From NCBI GenBank assembly GCA_951406725.2, contig OX597829.1, forward strand, positions 28,334,001 through 28,398,000: a stretch of DNA of 64,000 nt, in the 5' to 3' direction. A program made the position numbers and the translations under genes. The stretch comes from Octopus vulgaris (taxonomy: Eukaryota). Under the pieces are notes generated by a model. The model ran no database searches, was not told the origin of the DNA, and saw nothing but the letters and a program-made list of their open reading frames with translations. Shown piece after piece: positions 1-16,250 of the stretch. The stretch's first letter is position 1. Each line of letters starts with the position of its first letter.

Positions 1-540
1 CAAAAAAGACAGGCATTTCAAGAAAGGAAAATATATACAGAAGCCAGCCACCATAATCTGATATTTAGGGTGCAGATTCAAAATGGCACCTTCCATTCAA
101 AACTAAAAGTATATCTCAATGCCAAGGCCTGGAACTAAAACAAGTGTGAAGATAACACATCTCTGCTGACACTAAGCTGGACTACATAGATATACTTTCT
201 TGGCATCGGCAGTAATATTGCGTCTCAACAGCAGATGCTGTATGTGTGAGTGTTTGTGTGTGTGTGCATATGTGTATGATATAGTATTTGTAGGTGAATG
301 ATATAAAGTGTAATGTATAGGCTTATGGTGGATGTGTAGACTCCGTTTTATGTATGTCTGTATGTTACTGTTAGAGAAACTTATGTATAAGTACACACAA
401 GAGATAATGTATGACAGGATATATTGCAACAGTACATATCTGGTTTAGTTATTTTAATACTGAATTTTCCAGTAAGGCATTTAAATCATAGGGAAAAGTT
501 TACGAAATATACAATACAGTGTATGTACGTATGTGTGTGT

Positions 541-876
541 GGGAATGTACCAATTCACACAGCTGAAGTTGTTACGGAATGGCACAAGGAACATTCTAGT
601 GAAGTTGAACATCTCATCTGGTCACCACAGTCCCCAGAACTCAATGTTATTGAACATTTACGGTGCATTTTAGGAAAACAAGTAGGGAGTCAATATCCTT
701 CACCATCATCGCTACAAGAACTGCAGACTGTTTCAGCTGAAGAATGGAGAAAAATTCCTTTGGAAACAATTCAAGCTTTGTACGAGTCCGTACCTTGTAT
801 AATTCAAGCTGTAATTACTACCAAAGGCAGTCCTACTCCATTTTAAAATAAATTTGTTTGAAATTTTAAGGTGTTT
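541..876 (+). mobile_element. Tc1-like transposase C-terminal remnant
   Basis: Reads PIHTAEVVTEW...HLIWSPQSPELNVIEHL...LQELQ...EEWRKIP...[22 protein letters not shown], matching the Tc1 WPxQSPDLNxIE motif and C-terminus; cut off by an RTE-tail repeat at ~880. Confidence 0.85.
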
Positions 877-880
877 CGCA

Positions 881-1050
881 CCCATGACACTCATGAAGTG
901 GTTGGCGTTAGGAAGGGCATCCAGCCGTAGAAACACTGCCAGATCAGACTGGAGTATAGTGTGGCCTCCTGGCTTCCCAGACCCCAGTTGAACCGTCCAA
1001 CCCATGCCAGCATGGAAAGCGGACGTTAAACGATGATGATGATGATGATG
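881..1050 (+). mobile_element. RTE-LINE 3' UTR / RTE-tail repeat with (GAT)n tail
   Basis: gtggttggcgttaggaagggcatccagc...catgccagcatggaaagcggacgttaaacgatgatgat; the same sequence ends the RTE remnants at 7690-7840 and 23161-23330 and recurs at 13661-13850, 32350-32560, 59040-59190 and 63424-63600. Confidence 0.8.
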
Positions 1051-3893
<2,843 letters not shown>

Positions 3894-4113
3894 TAGGTGG
3901 AGAATTCACAAAAAAACAAGATGAAGACAGGTGGCGTAGATAACAAACAGATATATTAGTTTACCACTCAGGAAGTAAAAAAGTCTTTAACATTTGATTT
4001 TATTGTTGTTGTTGTTATTATTATTAGTATTCAGGTCACTGCCTGGAATAGATACATACATACATTTATACACCCGTCTTCGTCTTTTGTTTTTTCATAC
4101 GTACGTATGTACA

Positions 4114-4144
<31 letters not shown>

Positions 4145-4577
4145 CAGGCATGTGCCGGCACTAATTACTCAGTGTAAGCAGTTGGTAACCTTCATGTAGT
4201 AAAACACACAAAAAAATAAGTGAAACACAGGCACGTGACTGAGTTGAAGGCAGATTTACTTCTGCCTTTATAGCCCATAAAGAAAACGGTATTGTAGGAG
4301 TGCATGCAGCATGTGTACCACATCATTACTATGCATTGCTTAGATAGTGAGATTGAAAAGCAGGGGCGAATTATGTCTACCTGATGTACAAAAAAATAAA
4401 ATATTTTGCATTTTATGCATAGTAATCAGAGTAACCTTCAAATTGAATTAGGTGCATATTTTGCCATAAAAGGGAAATGTTGCTATTGATCTATTTTATT
4501 CAAGGTAGACACTGCCTACTTTGCCTACCTAGGTAGCATGTCCCTGATCCATCCATCCAACCATATATACATACGTA

Positions 4578-4891
4578 AGAGAAGAGAAAATATACACAGT
4601 TGTGGAAATTAGCTGCCCAGCAGGTGTTAACATAAAGCTGAAGATCAGTGAAAAATAGAACACCTATGCTGAACTATTGAGAAATTTTCAGTTACTCTAT
4701 CCAGATTACAAGTTTAGGTTTATACCTGTAATTATTGGGGCCCTGGGATATGTAACACACTGCCTAAATACCGATCTTGAGAAATTAGGATTCTCAAAAC
4801 CAGAGAGGAGAAAGCTAATTTGAAGAGTACAGATCCAATCCATCACTGAAACTGTAAAAATCTGTAAAACTATCCAGAAATTTATCATTTA
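4578..4891 (+). mobile_element. R4/Dong-like LINE restriction-like endonuclease C-terminus (pseudogenised)
   Basis: Manual translation: REEKIYTVVEISCPAGVNIKLKISEK*NTYAELLRNFQLLYPDYKFRFIPVIIGALGYVTHCLNTDLEKLGFS...TVKICKTI; E-x-S/A-C-P, EK..Y..L and PVIIGALG are RLE-domain motifs. Confidence 0.75.
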
Positions 4892-5665
4892 ATATATATA
4901 AGCATGTCTAGATATGCAACTATATGCATGAGAATACATACATAAAACATACATACAAACAAACAAACAAAAATGCCCAGTTGTTGATGTTGAAATTCCA
5001 ATGAAGGAACCTTGGATCTAGGTTAGAAACTGGTTCTTTCTCTATTGGCAAGAAATCTTGAAATAAACTGAATAATGACACACATACATATGTTACACAT
5101 CACTGCTTGCAATGTGGTTTGCATAATTTTAGTCTTCAAAAGACACCACACCATGCTGGCTACGCGAGCAGGCCAACATTTTACCCAGATCAAAAGGAAG
5201 ACTGGAACGATGAGAAAAGAAGTATTTTTTTTCTCAAGAACATGTGCTGCCCAGTCTGGGAATTAATCTGACAATTGTGAGTGCAACAGGCCATGCTCCT
5301 TCACAAAAAGTAAACTGATTACATGGAAAGCAGTCACTAAGGTGATGATGATCAAGGTTTTATTATTTCTTACTTTCACCTTTTATATTTAAAAAAAAAA
5401 AAATTATTGTATCACTTGAAATAGGCAGTGAAGACTTGTTATTAGTTTAATATTGTTACTAAGTTGGCAAAGCATGAACATCACAAGTTCCTTAGAGACG
5501 AATCAATTACTGACTGATACCTTGCATTACAAAAAGCTCAGCCAACTTGCATGAGATGATAGGTGTCATGTCATTATTACTTATATAAAGTAATCGTAAT
5601 CACCCACCTCTCATCACTCCTAATCCAGCAGACCTATGATTCCAGCTGTGACCCCCCCCAAATAT

Positions 5666-5750
<85 letters not shown>

Positions 5751-6552
5751 CAACCAAAGTTTTACCCACTGTTAAGATAGTAAGGTGTGGATCTGAAGAT
5801 GATCTATGTAGAAACTATCCCATACTCTTGTTTATTTGTATTCATCTATTTACAAAAACAAGTGAAAGTTGGCTGAAAAATGCCAACAGAATATCTGTAA
5901 GTAATCTTTTCTTAAGTGCAAGATCATGTACAATATCTTTGTGTTTAAACAAGCCCATCTGTTTAAGTAACATGTTATCACTTCAGCTTCGTATAAGCAC
6001 ATTACTATATTGAATCAAATGTGGAAGAAGAGTTTTGGAGAACTCCAGAGCAGAGCAAGTTTGAATACCATTTTCTTTGTCTCTTTTCTACATAGTTTAT
6101 TTATGCTAACATTTCATATCATTTCACAATGAGAGTCAGATTTGTATATATGACATGAATGTTAATGCTAAAAAGGGAAAAGAAACTGCACATAAGCCAA
6201 TTCAATGACACCCACCCACATGCAGGCATGTGTATATATTATTTGGCTGTAAAATTATATATTAACTGAAGGGCTGAGAATTTCATGCATTACACTTATC
6301 AAACTGATATATATGTATATACATATATATATATATATATATACGGACACACACATATATATATATATATGATCTTTTACTTGTTTCAGTCATTTGAATG
6401 CAGTCATGCTGGAGCACTGCCTTTTAGTCAAACAAATCAACCCCAGGACTTATACCTATCAGTCTCTTATTGCCAAACCACTAGGTTTTGGGGACATAAA
6501 CATACCTGCATCGGTGGTCAAGCGATGGTGGGGGGACAAACAGACATATACA

Positions 6553-7840
6553 CCATTGATGCTATATTCCCGACAAGGCAACTGCAGGAGAAATACCTAG
6601 CCAAATATAAACTCCTATACTTGGCTTTTGTTGATTTGGAGAAAGCCTTTAACAGGGTCCCCCAAATCCCTTATCTGGTGGGTAACATGGAAACTAGGGA
6701 TAGACGAGTGGTTAATAAGAGCTGTACTGAGATGCTGTCAGTATGGTATGGGTTGGCAATGAATATAGTGAAGAATTCCAGGTAGAAGTAGGGGTTCACC
6801 AAGGATCAACCCTCAGCCCCCTCTTATTCGTCATAGTCATCCAGGTAATAATAGAGGAATTCAAGACAGGCTGCCCCTGGGAGCTCCTCTATGCTGATAA
6901 CCTTGCTCTCATAGCTGAATCACTACCAGAACTAGAGAAGAAATTTCAGGTGTGGACATAGATAGGCTTGAAAGAAATGAAGCTAATATGATCCGCTGGA
7001 TGTGTAATGTCAGTATGCACACACAACAAAGAGTAAGCGCCCTGAGAAAAATGTTGGACATAAGAAGCATCAGATGTGGTGTGCAAGAGAGACAACTGCA
7101 CTGGTATGGTCATGTGCTGTGTATGGATGAGAAGAGCTGTGTGAAGAAGTGTCATTCCCTAACAGTAGAAGGAACCTTTGGAAGTGGGAGACCCAGGACG
7201 ACATGAAATGAGGTGGTGAAGCATGACCTTCAAACGTTGGGCCTCACAGAGGAGATGGAGATATGCTATGATTGAGAAGACCTGGCAAGTAAAGTGAGAT
7301 CACAGCCATAGCCTATACTAGTGTTGCATAACCAACCCATTTAAAAAGTACCTTTGAATCATCAGGCTACATGCTGTGCTTGAGGAGATCTATTGAGTCA
7401 AGTAAAATCAAAATCTCAATCAAATCAAAATCAAAAATGGAAATTGTATTTGTGGCCAATACCAGTGCCACCTGACAGGCTCCCGTGCTAGTAACATGCA
7501 AGCGTGGGTCGTTGCCAGTGCCACAGAAAAAGCACCATCCCAATGTGATCAATGTCAGTCCCCACCTCCCCCTTGCCCCGACTGACTCCTGTGCCGGCAG
7601 CACATAAAAAGCACCATCTAAACAAGGCTGATGCCAGTGCCACCTGATTGGCTCCCATGCTGGTGCCACATAAAAAGCACCCACTACACTCTCAGAATGG
7701 TTGGCGTTAGGAAGGGTATCCAGCTGTAGAAACATTGCCAGATCAGATTGGAGCCTGGTGCAGCTTCCTGGCCTGCCAGTCCCAAAGCCAAACCGTTCAA
7801 CCCATGCCAGCATGGAAAACGGACGTTAAATAATGATGAC
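6553..7840 (+). mobile_element. RTE-clade LINE, internally deleted and frameshifted, with 3' UTR
   Basis: TIDAIF..RQLQEKY...AFVDLEKAFNRVP; VGVHQGSTLSPLLF...LLYADNLAL; RLERNE..MIRWMC...QLHWYGHV...GRPR; followed by the RTE 3' UTR and (GAT)n. Confidence 0.92.
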
Positions 7841-7896
7841 ATAGAGATACACATGCACAAATATATAAATTCATACACACACACACACACACACGA

Positions 7897-8230
7897 TCTG
7901 GCCATATCGTTCGAATGGGGGATGAATGCACACCTAAACAGTTGTTTTATGGCGAGCTTGCAGAGGGGAGACGTAATCGGTGTAAACCTAAAAAGAGGTT
8001 TAAGGACAGTATAAAGACTACCATGAAGTCACCTGGAATGGATCCAAAAGCCATAGAAACCCTTGCTTCAGATCAAGCTGGATGGTAAACAAAAGTGTGG
8101 AGTGGAGTGAAAGCATTTGAAAAAGCCAGGATAACAACACATGCAAGACTCAAGAGATTTAAAGAAGAATGTTGCGATCGAGAAGGTGAATCTCAGTGAT
8201 CTTTTTGTGTGCACAATTCGTGACAGAACC
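7897..8230 (+). mobile_element. Second RTE family (BovB/Expander-like) ORF C-terminal fragment
   Basis: Manual translation: SGHIVRMGDECTPKQLFYGELAEGRRNRCKPKKRFKDSIK...ETLASDQAGW*. Confidence 0.8.
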
Positions 8231-10430
8231 AAGCCTTTCTTTTGTTGGGCACAGAATGGATTTGATAGATGGAAACTAACTAGCAAAGATGTCCCCTTCC
8301 TCACCACTTGACACCCGTCTGTTGGTTTATTTACATGTTTGCAGCTTAACAGTTTGGCAATAGAGATCAATAGAATAAATGCCAAACTTAAAAAAATCAA
8401 GTACAGGTAGCGATTTGTTCGACTAAAGCCTATAGATTGATTCGACAAGAGAGAGGATTTTGTTATTTTATTAATTCTGTTACCAGAACTCTTTCAAACT
8501 GCATAATTTCATGTGTCAGTTTTATCTATCCATTTCTGAAATAAATCACATAGCATAAAGATGTCTCACAGACAGATTTTTATTTTTATTTTATTTTATT
8601 CTTTTAATACAGATGCAAGCAATAAATACAGAGGCCACTCGTCCTGCTAAAAATAGCAACCAAATCTCCCTCTAATCATGCCGGAAGGAAGGAAGCAATG
8701 AATGGTGCACTCTTAGATATATTACTCCTAAGAAAAGCAAAAAAGGGGCAGGGTCGTGGCTGGCTATATCTTTGACCAAAGGTCTGCTGGACTAAGACTA
8801 ACCTGGGTCTAAATAATCAGCCATAACTATTCACCCGTATGCGAACGATCGTTTTGCTACACAGATTTACATTCAATATTAGTCGGAATAAAGATTGGCT
8901 AACTGGTAGAATCGTTAAGCACGTCGGACAAAATACTTGGCAGTATTTCTTCCGGCTCTTTATGTTCTGGTTTCAAATTTCACCGACGTCGACTTTGCCT
9001 TTCATAAATCGAGGTCGATAAAATAAGTAATGGTTGAACACAGAATCAATGTAATTGACCAGTCCCATCTTTTAAAATTGCTGGCATTGGATCAAAATTT
9101 GAAACTGATATTAACGTGAGTAATGATTTCAATATTTCAAGTAAGGAATACTAAGATGTCATGATAAAATCATCTGAGACCACATCAAGAACTTTTATGT
9201 TCCTGATTTGCCAATTTCCAACCAAGAATGTGAATTGCAAACAGGATTCAAAACTTACAAAAATAAAGTAAAAAGATTTTTTTTTTTCAGACTGAATATA
9301 CTCATATACTTCATATACTCTATTAGATATAAGATGTTGAAGGAGAGCGGAATTTTTAAAAATATGTAAAGGAGCGGAAACTGTTCAAGAACTGGTGCAA
9401 AGACAGGAAAAGCTGACAGATGAAGTGAAGAATTGAGGAGAGACAGAAAAGGTGAATAAGAGAGGATGAGACAGCAAGAGAGAATCTGTTGATACAGTAA
9501 TAAAAAATATGTGGATCAGAACGCACGCCTACACATTCTAATCTTCAAACACATACTTGTTACATTAAAAGAACACAGAGACAAACACGCACACTAACTC
9601 ATAGACTACACACAATCAGACTACGCAACAAACACACAAATAGACACACACACACATAATCACAGACTACACACAAACTAACAGACTGCACACATCACAA
9701 GTCAGATACACACACACACACACACACAAATTGCTTACAATTCAAACACACACATATTCACGCAAGGCACTTCCACCAAGTTTAGGGATAGGTACGCTTT
9801 AATAAAGATAACTTCCTGAATATCAATTAAGCTGTAATTTGTAGAGAAACAATTATTGGGGAGCAAATAAAACAGATAAAGAGAACTGTGCTGTAATTAC
9901 TAGTAATTACATACAGAAAAAAAGTTTAGAAGATGAGAAACTGTCCGATTAACTATAACAGGACATTTTCTCCATTTTGGAAGTTGTCAAAAATATTCTT
10001 CCTCGGGCAACAAGTCTTCAGTCCCGGCATCAAACAGATACCATTAAGTTGTTAATTCTCACGGTTTAATAAGTTGAAAATTAGTATTTTATGTGAATAT
10101 TAACATTATCACCAATAAATTTATTACTTTCAGAATAAAAAGTCAATTATTTTACACAAAAATAATAGTCAAGAATGGTATATTGCTTACATATATATAT
10201 ATTGGTTAGATGAAGATTTTTTCAAAGTGCATATTAATTGAGAATGTTATATATATATAACATTCTCAATTAATATATATATATATATATATATAATTTT
10301 AAAATATTTCCATTTAATATGTATTGTAGTATATCGTCGAAAAAGAAAAACATACGTAGATATGTATACTTAGATAAATATACACAAATATATATATATA
10401 TATTTATATAAGCAAACATGAATACGCAAT

Positions 10431-10475
<45 letters not shown>

Positions 10476-10569
10476 TCGTGTATATATACACATACACACA
10501 CATTCGTATATAATAACAATACTCAGAAATCAAAGAACAATATACATAGGAAGTTATAGTATCTCTTAC

Positions 10570-10658
10570 CCTTGATTTAGATCGTTAGCTGTGTTATCAA
10601 GCCAAATTCGAACTTGGATCGAATTACCTTCTTTGACCAAAGTGAAAATATCGTCCAT
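10570..10658 (-). CDS. ILK: Integrin-linked kinase, first coding exon (rest of gene lies left of the window)
   Basis: Minus strand from ccATGG: [30 protein letters not shown](G), then donor GG|gtaaga at 10569; closely matches the ILK N-terminus [30 protein letters not shown]. The next exon (DDHGFSPLHW) was not found in 1-10569. Confidence 0.95.
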
Positions 10659-10880
10659 GGTGTAGCAGAATTCTTCAGACAGCCGCCAGACAGGCAGACA
10701 GACACTGAGTGGTTAATTAACTTTTACGAACGATAACTCTTCACGCCAACTTTACAAGGCAATGACTTCCTAAAGTGAATTTACAGATTAACAAAAAAAA
10801 TAAATAAAAAGAATAAGCACTTTCTCCTTCTTCGCTACAGTACGTAGCACCCGATATATATTTTATGTGCCTCGGTTTAT
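10659..10880 (-). promoter_or_regulatory. Probable ILK 5' UTR / proximal promoter
   Basis: Non-repetitive, relatively CpG-retaining sequence directly upstream of the ILK ATG; TSS cannot be placed from sequence. Confidence 0.45.
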
Positions 10881-11814
10881 TTATCTAAATAAATAACATC
10901 AAATGTATTTTAAAATAATTATAACTGTGACAACGTCTTGTCATTCACGTTTAGAATACCTTAGAAAATAAATCAGCCCCAGTACTTGACTGGCACTTTA
11001 TCTTATCGAACTCCTAACTACCGTCCTGGGAGATGAACGATGAAGCTGAATTCGGCAGGATTTGAACTCAGAACGAAAAAAGTGTGACTAAATACCATAA
11101 GGTATTTTGTTCCGCTCGATTTACAGCAATCGCAAGCATTCTTCACTTTAGTCGTCTGCAAAAGTTTGGCAACTTGCGGATCCATAAATGGGTTTTTATG
11201 ACAGATTTTAACTATCAACTCAATAATAACTATTGTCGTTGTTGTTTATCACCCAACTCCCAGGTCAGCATTGTACGATATCACCTATGATCAAAGTAAT
11301 ATCAACCGTGACCACTCCATCGTTTTTCTATCTAACTAACCTGTAGCGTCATGTTGTCTCCATTCTTTGCTTTCTACGGTAGTATTTCCACATCAAAAGT
11401 AGTTGGTCTCTTGTCACCTCCACTCAAGCATTTCCAACTCATTCATCTCATCTCCTCTTGTCCCTTTCTGAACTTCAACTCCTTGGAATTTCAATTCTGC
11501 AACCAGTGATTTGCAACTGTTCAAAAGGAACATCAATTGCTCCAGGATTATCTGTAATGTTTTGGATTACAGACGTAAGTGTATAGAATTATTATGTTAC
11601 GTTTATATAAATGTATAGATTCTCAATACCTGGCATAAAAACCACCTCTCTCAGTACTATATGCCCCACCACCACCACCACCACCACACACTCCGTCAAG
11701 GGATCTTGTCTTGCAAGTTACTTGTTGATCTGACTAGTGTTGCTGCCACTAAAAAGCTCTTAGAATACTCTGTAAAATGGTTGGCATTAGGAAGGGTATG
11801 CAGCCATAGAAATG

Positions 11815-12660
11815 TAATTTGGCTCAGTAGGTATCTAGTTGCAGGTATAGTTTGGATCACTTTAGAGAATATTTTAGTGCCATGAAGAGAGAAAAAGAAG
11901 CTTTTGAAAAATGGGCCATAGGATACTTAACAATTTAATATGGGTATTAAACATTCTGATACTAGCCAATCACCAACAGTGCTTGAGGTGGTAGGGACAC
12001 ATATGAAGGGGTGATGACCAATTGTTATCAAAAGGATGAAAAATTCCCAATTCAAGCTTATGGTTGGACTTTGCCTAAGTGATCATAATTCATTCAGAGG
12101 CAAATTGTTGTTGTTTGAAAAAAAAAATGGTGGTCTATCAGTGATGACATAGTTGGTAGTAAAGTTTACTGCAGCTTAATTTTTAAATACAGAACTAGCA
12201 ATGCAAGTATAATTGCAAAGGATAGCACCACACCATCTTGAAGGAAACAGAAATTGCTCGAGTTATGACATCATGCACAATAAATCTATGGTAGAATCTG
12301 GCCTATTGATCCACAACAAGAGCTAAAATGATGTAAAAAATAAGAACTGAAGTTGGCAATTTAGACATGACAAAAACTCATTTTAAAAACTATTCAAAGA
12401 CTGAAATTAAGTGTAACAGTCTTCTCGTCAAAAGTGGAAACCTGAGAATGGTTTACAGCTTATAAAGTATTTGGTGTAAGTCTTTTATTATCTGACACCA
12501 CAGCAGATGTTAGGGTATCAGTCCCTGCACCAATATCCGCGAGAAAATGAACAGCAGTGGAATGGTCTGTGATGAAAAAGAAGTGACTAGATTTGCAGGA
12601 ATCGGGTACAACACTGTCATTAGTTTCTGGGTGCATTGTTTCCCAGTGCTGCAAATAAGT
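11815..12660 (-). mobile_element. Gypsy LTR-retrotransposon pol remnant (protease to start of RT)
   Basis: FFITDHSTAVHFLADIGA (protease D-T-G-A-like), then NHKLELGIFHPFDNNWSSPLHM, KYPMAHF and SLHGTKIFSK in successive frames. Confidence 0.8.
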
Positions 12661-12761
12661 CCAGCTAACCAGACAAGTAAGGCTAGGACTACGGGAAGTC
12701 CAAGTAGAAAACACGGAGTCTATCTACAGCTGTGAGAATGCAATAGCTTCTGTTTCTTAGT

Positions 12762-13612
12762 CAGGGGACAACTGATGAAGGGAACGTTCTTTATGTTGCC
12801 TGTCTCGTTTCTCTGTTTGCTTCTTTCGTTGTTCGAAAAAAAGTTTGTTTTCTGTGTTTTTGTATTCTATGTTCTCGTTTCTCATTTTGTCTACATTTTT
12901 TGATGTCCTGTACCCATATGTGCATGTATATATATATATATGTAGGTGTGAACATATATGTATGTATATATGCATATATATATATATTTATATTATTATA
13001 TGATCGAATACCACACATCCTTTTCCAAGTAAGTTTTATTTTAATAATTATGATGCGCACTCTTATTCTGTCTCTATTATTCTTTCTATCAATTTTCCTC
13101 TCTTGTTCTTCTTCCTTTCTGTTTTTCTCTCCCACCTTTTCCCTATTCTTCTCCTCTCCCCTTCACTGTTCCCTCTCTCTCTCTCACTTTTTCTCCTTGA
13201 CTCTCGTTGCTCAGACATGACCTACACCCATCCATCTTCCTTTCTTCCACTTCCTTCCTAAAGACAAGAAGTGCTTTTACCTGTCTCTTCTCAAAGCTCA
13301 TTTTCCCAGCATTCACCACTTCACATCGTCTTGGCTTAACAGCCCTCACCATTTGTTTTTACTGTTTTGTTCTCATTGTCCAGTTTTTGTTACCACTTTC
13401 ACCTTCCGCAAAAAATCCCAAATTTTATTCAATTTGATTTGTGGGAAGGACTGTTTTAACAAAGTCGCATCTTGTTCCTACCTTTGAAAGACAGAGTAGA
13501 TAAAACAGGGGACAACTGATGAAGGGAATGGTCTTTATGTTGCCTGTTCCGTTTCTCTGTTTCTTTCGTTGTTTTCTTTTTATTGATGTCCTGTACCAAT
13601 ATGTGCATGTAT
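12762..13612 (+). repeat. Interspersed element with terminal direct repeats (12762-12930, 13506-13612), possibly Penelope-derived
   Basis: Both repeats begin caggggacaactgatgaaggga and end gatgtcctgtacc.atatgtgcatgtata. Confidence 0.5.
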
Positions 13613-14200
13613 ATATAAATATATATGTATATATTTATATTATATATATATATATATATATATCATCATCATCATCATCATCATTTAGCGTCCGCTTTCC
13701 ATGCTAGCATGAGTTGGACGGGTCAACTGGGGTCTGTGAAGCTGGAAGGCTTCGTCAGGCCCAGTCAGATCTGGCAGTGTTTCTACGGCTGGATGCCCTT
13801 CCTAACGCCAACCACTCTGCGAGTGTAGTGGGTGTTTTTTACATGCCACCTTGAGTAAACTATTATCTCCTAATATCTGAAAACCAGAATACTTCCTATT
13901 TTGGGTCCTCAAAACTTATATATATATATGAGAGAGGGAGAGGGAGAGATAGAGAGATACGTATATACAGGGTGCAGATTTTAAATTGGTGCTTCTGTTT
14001 AGATAAGAAATAAAATACTATTTTAAAAACTATTATGTAAACTAATATTGCTTACCCATCAGATTGTACATTGCTTAAAAAAAAAATGGCAAACCCAGAC
14101 AGATTAAAAGAATACAAGAGGTCTGAGGAATGGAAAAGGAAGGTGGTGGTGTATACAGTCTGTGTCAGCATGAATAACAAAGCAGTTGTTGACAACTTAA

Positions 14201-14420
14201 CCCTTTCGTTACCAACCCGGCTGAAACCGGCTCTGGCTCTGAGTACAAATGTCTTGTTTTCATAAGTTTTGAATTAAAATCTTCCACCAAACCTTAGTCT
14301 CAATTTATTTTCCTAACACTAGCTTAATGAAAACTAAGTTATTTTACTAAATTCTTTGATATATTTAAAGTACTTGAAAGAAGCACAGAGCATCTCAACA
14401 GAAATACAGTAACGAAAGGG
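14201..14420. mobile_element. piggyBac-type MITE (TTAA TSD)
   Basis: TTAA-ccctttcgttac ... gtaacgaaaggg-TTAA. Confidence 0.85.
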
Positions 14421-14466
14421 TTAAGGCTCTGACTGTGCACAGTCCAGAGACTGAGGAAGGAGTTAA

Positions 14467-14687
14467 CCCTTTAGCATTTAAACTGGCCATATCCGGCCAA
14501 AGGTATTCTGCCTGTTTTATGTTCAAACTGGCCAGATCTGGTCTCTCACACCAACCCTACAATATCGTTTTAAAAATTAACAGCTACCTCATCAAAATCT
14601 CATAGCTACAATATAATGCATGATTAGTTCAAAACAATGTGGATGAATAAACATTAATTTTCGCAGAATAATGTGAACACTAAAGGG
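14467..14687. mobile_element. piggyBac-type MITE, second family (another copy at 20003-20213)
   Basis: TTAA-ccctttagcattta ... tgaacactaaaggg-TTAA; a reverse-oriented relative lies at 20003-20213. Confidence 0.82.
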
Positions 14688-15344
14688 TTAAAGGATAGTA
14701 ACTTTGATGTTGACACAGTGGCTGCTAGGAAAACAACATAAACAAAGTAAACAAAAGGTGAGAGATGCTGATTTCATTCAGAAAGTTGAGTTCATTCAAG
14801 AAGTCCACCACCACCACACACACATACCTCCATTGGGATATGTGAGATTACCAGGTAACTGGGCTGTGATGAAAAAACTGCACACACAGCCATAGAAGAC
14901 TCAAAAATGGCTCCCACAAAAACTTTTATGACCACGTCAACCTAAACATGTCACTTCCTAACTTTCCAGGCTGGAATCGCCTCGATTTTTTTTTTTTTTT
15001 TTCTTGGGTGCAGTTGAGAGAGTTACCAACAAGACTGCCTGCAACACTAAGAATGAGCTAAAGCAGCACATCTGCCAGGCATTCCAAGATTTGTCAGCAG
15101 CAACAGTGAAACATGCCTGTTCTTGATTCTGTGGAGATTATAAAAGCTGGCGGGATTATTTTGAATAATTATGTAGTATGCAAGTCCGGTATCTTGATGT
15201 ATCGTGAATTTTCAATAAAATCATAAAAGACAAAGATTTTTTTTTTCCTGAACTCTGTCGGTTGCACCAATTCTACATCTGCACCCAGTATTTAAGTATG
15301 TATATAAATACACAAGTATATACACATACACATGCATACAAATA

Positions 15345-15498
15345 GCAAGAAAGAAAGAAAGAAAGAAAGAAAGGAAGGAAGAAAGAAGGAAAAAGTTAAA
15401 GAGGGGTGGGAGAAAATATAGATAGATAGGTAGGTAGGTTAGTAGGTATGTATGTATTTATGTAGGTAGGTAGGTGGGTAGGTAGGTAGGTAGATAGG

Positions 15499-15557
<59 letters not shown>

Positions 15558-15580
15558 GTAGGTAGGTAGATAGATAGATA
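15345..15580. repeat. (GAAA)n and (TAGG)/(TAGA)n microsatellites
   Basis: Directly visible; other (TAGA)n runs at ~49120-49170 and 52262-52330. Confidence 0.95.
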
Positions 15581-16187
15581 TGAAATCAAACAAAATAAGT
15601 ACTACCACGGAGTCTCCACTCCCTTTCAGATGCAAAACTTCAGGGCTGACACCATCATCAAAGGCATGATGATAGATCTATTGAAACGGTAAACATGCTA
15701 GAGAGGAAGCTAGTGTATGTTTGCTATGTACACATCCAGGCTCTTTATGAACAAGGAACATGTGTCCAAATTCATCAGAGTGGGTAACAGCACTGGAATT
15801 GGTGGAGTCAGTATAATGTTGAAACTGAGGTAGTCGGCATTTATGACAGAATAATTAAATCCATATTAGTCATAATCAACTTGACAGTAATAGGTCTCTG
15901 CATAAGTACCACCATAAGGAATAGCAGAAGAACAAGAGACCGTTTCTATGAGGCCCTCTTGCAAACAACCGCAATACAGACCATAGCAACCTTTTTCTGG
16001 TTGATGACTTCAATGGATATGTAGTAAAGATTGTTTGCCAACATAACATGGCAGTCATGGTTTAGGACTAATGTTGCTGTAATTTAGCCCCAGGAGACAT
16101 TGTCTCCAGCTGGCTATACGACACAATCTGTGACCTTATATTTTCGAACAAGGGAATCTAACACCCCCACTCAGCTCAAAACAATAT

Positions 16188-16230
16188 CTGTGTATCGCGA
16201 TTTCTGAGTTATTTCTCTTCATTAGTATAG
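16188..16230 (-). ncRNA. Type I hammerhead-like motif (degenerate copy)
   Basis: CUAUA CUAAUGA A GAG AAAUAA CUC A GAAA U CGCG A UA CACAG; consensus with 18329-18370 and 34830-34872 restores CUGAUGA and a CUGUG/CACAG stem I. Confidence 0.55.
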
Positions 16231-16250
16231 AATAATTGTTTGGCTAGAGG

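Larger units (their letters stand above)
13968..15288 (+). mobile_element. Decayed mariner/maT (DD37D-like) transposon with two nested MITEs
   Basis: TA-flanked TIRs cagggtgcagat...aattggtgc / gcaccaatt...atctgcacccag; transposase tail NFYDHV...GAVERVTNKTACNTKNELK...VKHACS at ~14910-15125. Confidence 0.8.

Noticed and set aside
7440-7700. Regularly spaced aaaaagcacc repeats resembling a CRISPR array
   Set aside because: Irregular, degenerate internal repeats of the RTE 3' UTR in eukaryotic DNA; no cas genes.
12762-12810. CTGATGA motif in the direct repeats at 12762 and 13506 as a hammerhead
   Set aside because: No GAAA follows the putative stem II in either copy.
16040-16140. Twister or HDV-like ribozyme on the strand opposite the hammerhead
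   Set aside because: Hairpins are present, but I could not place the conserved core or pseudoknot nucleotides.
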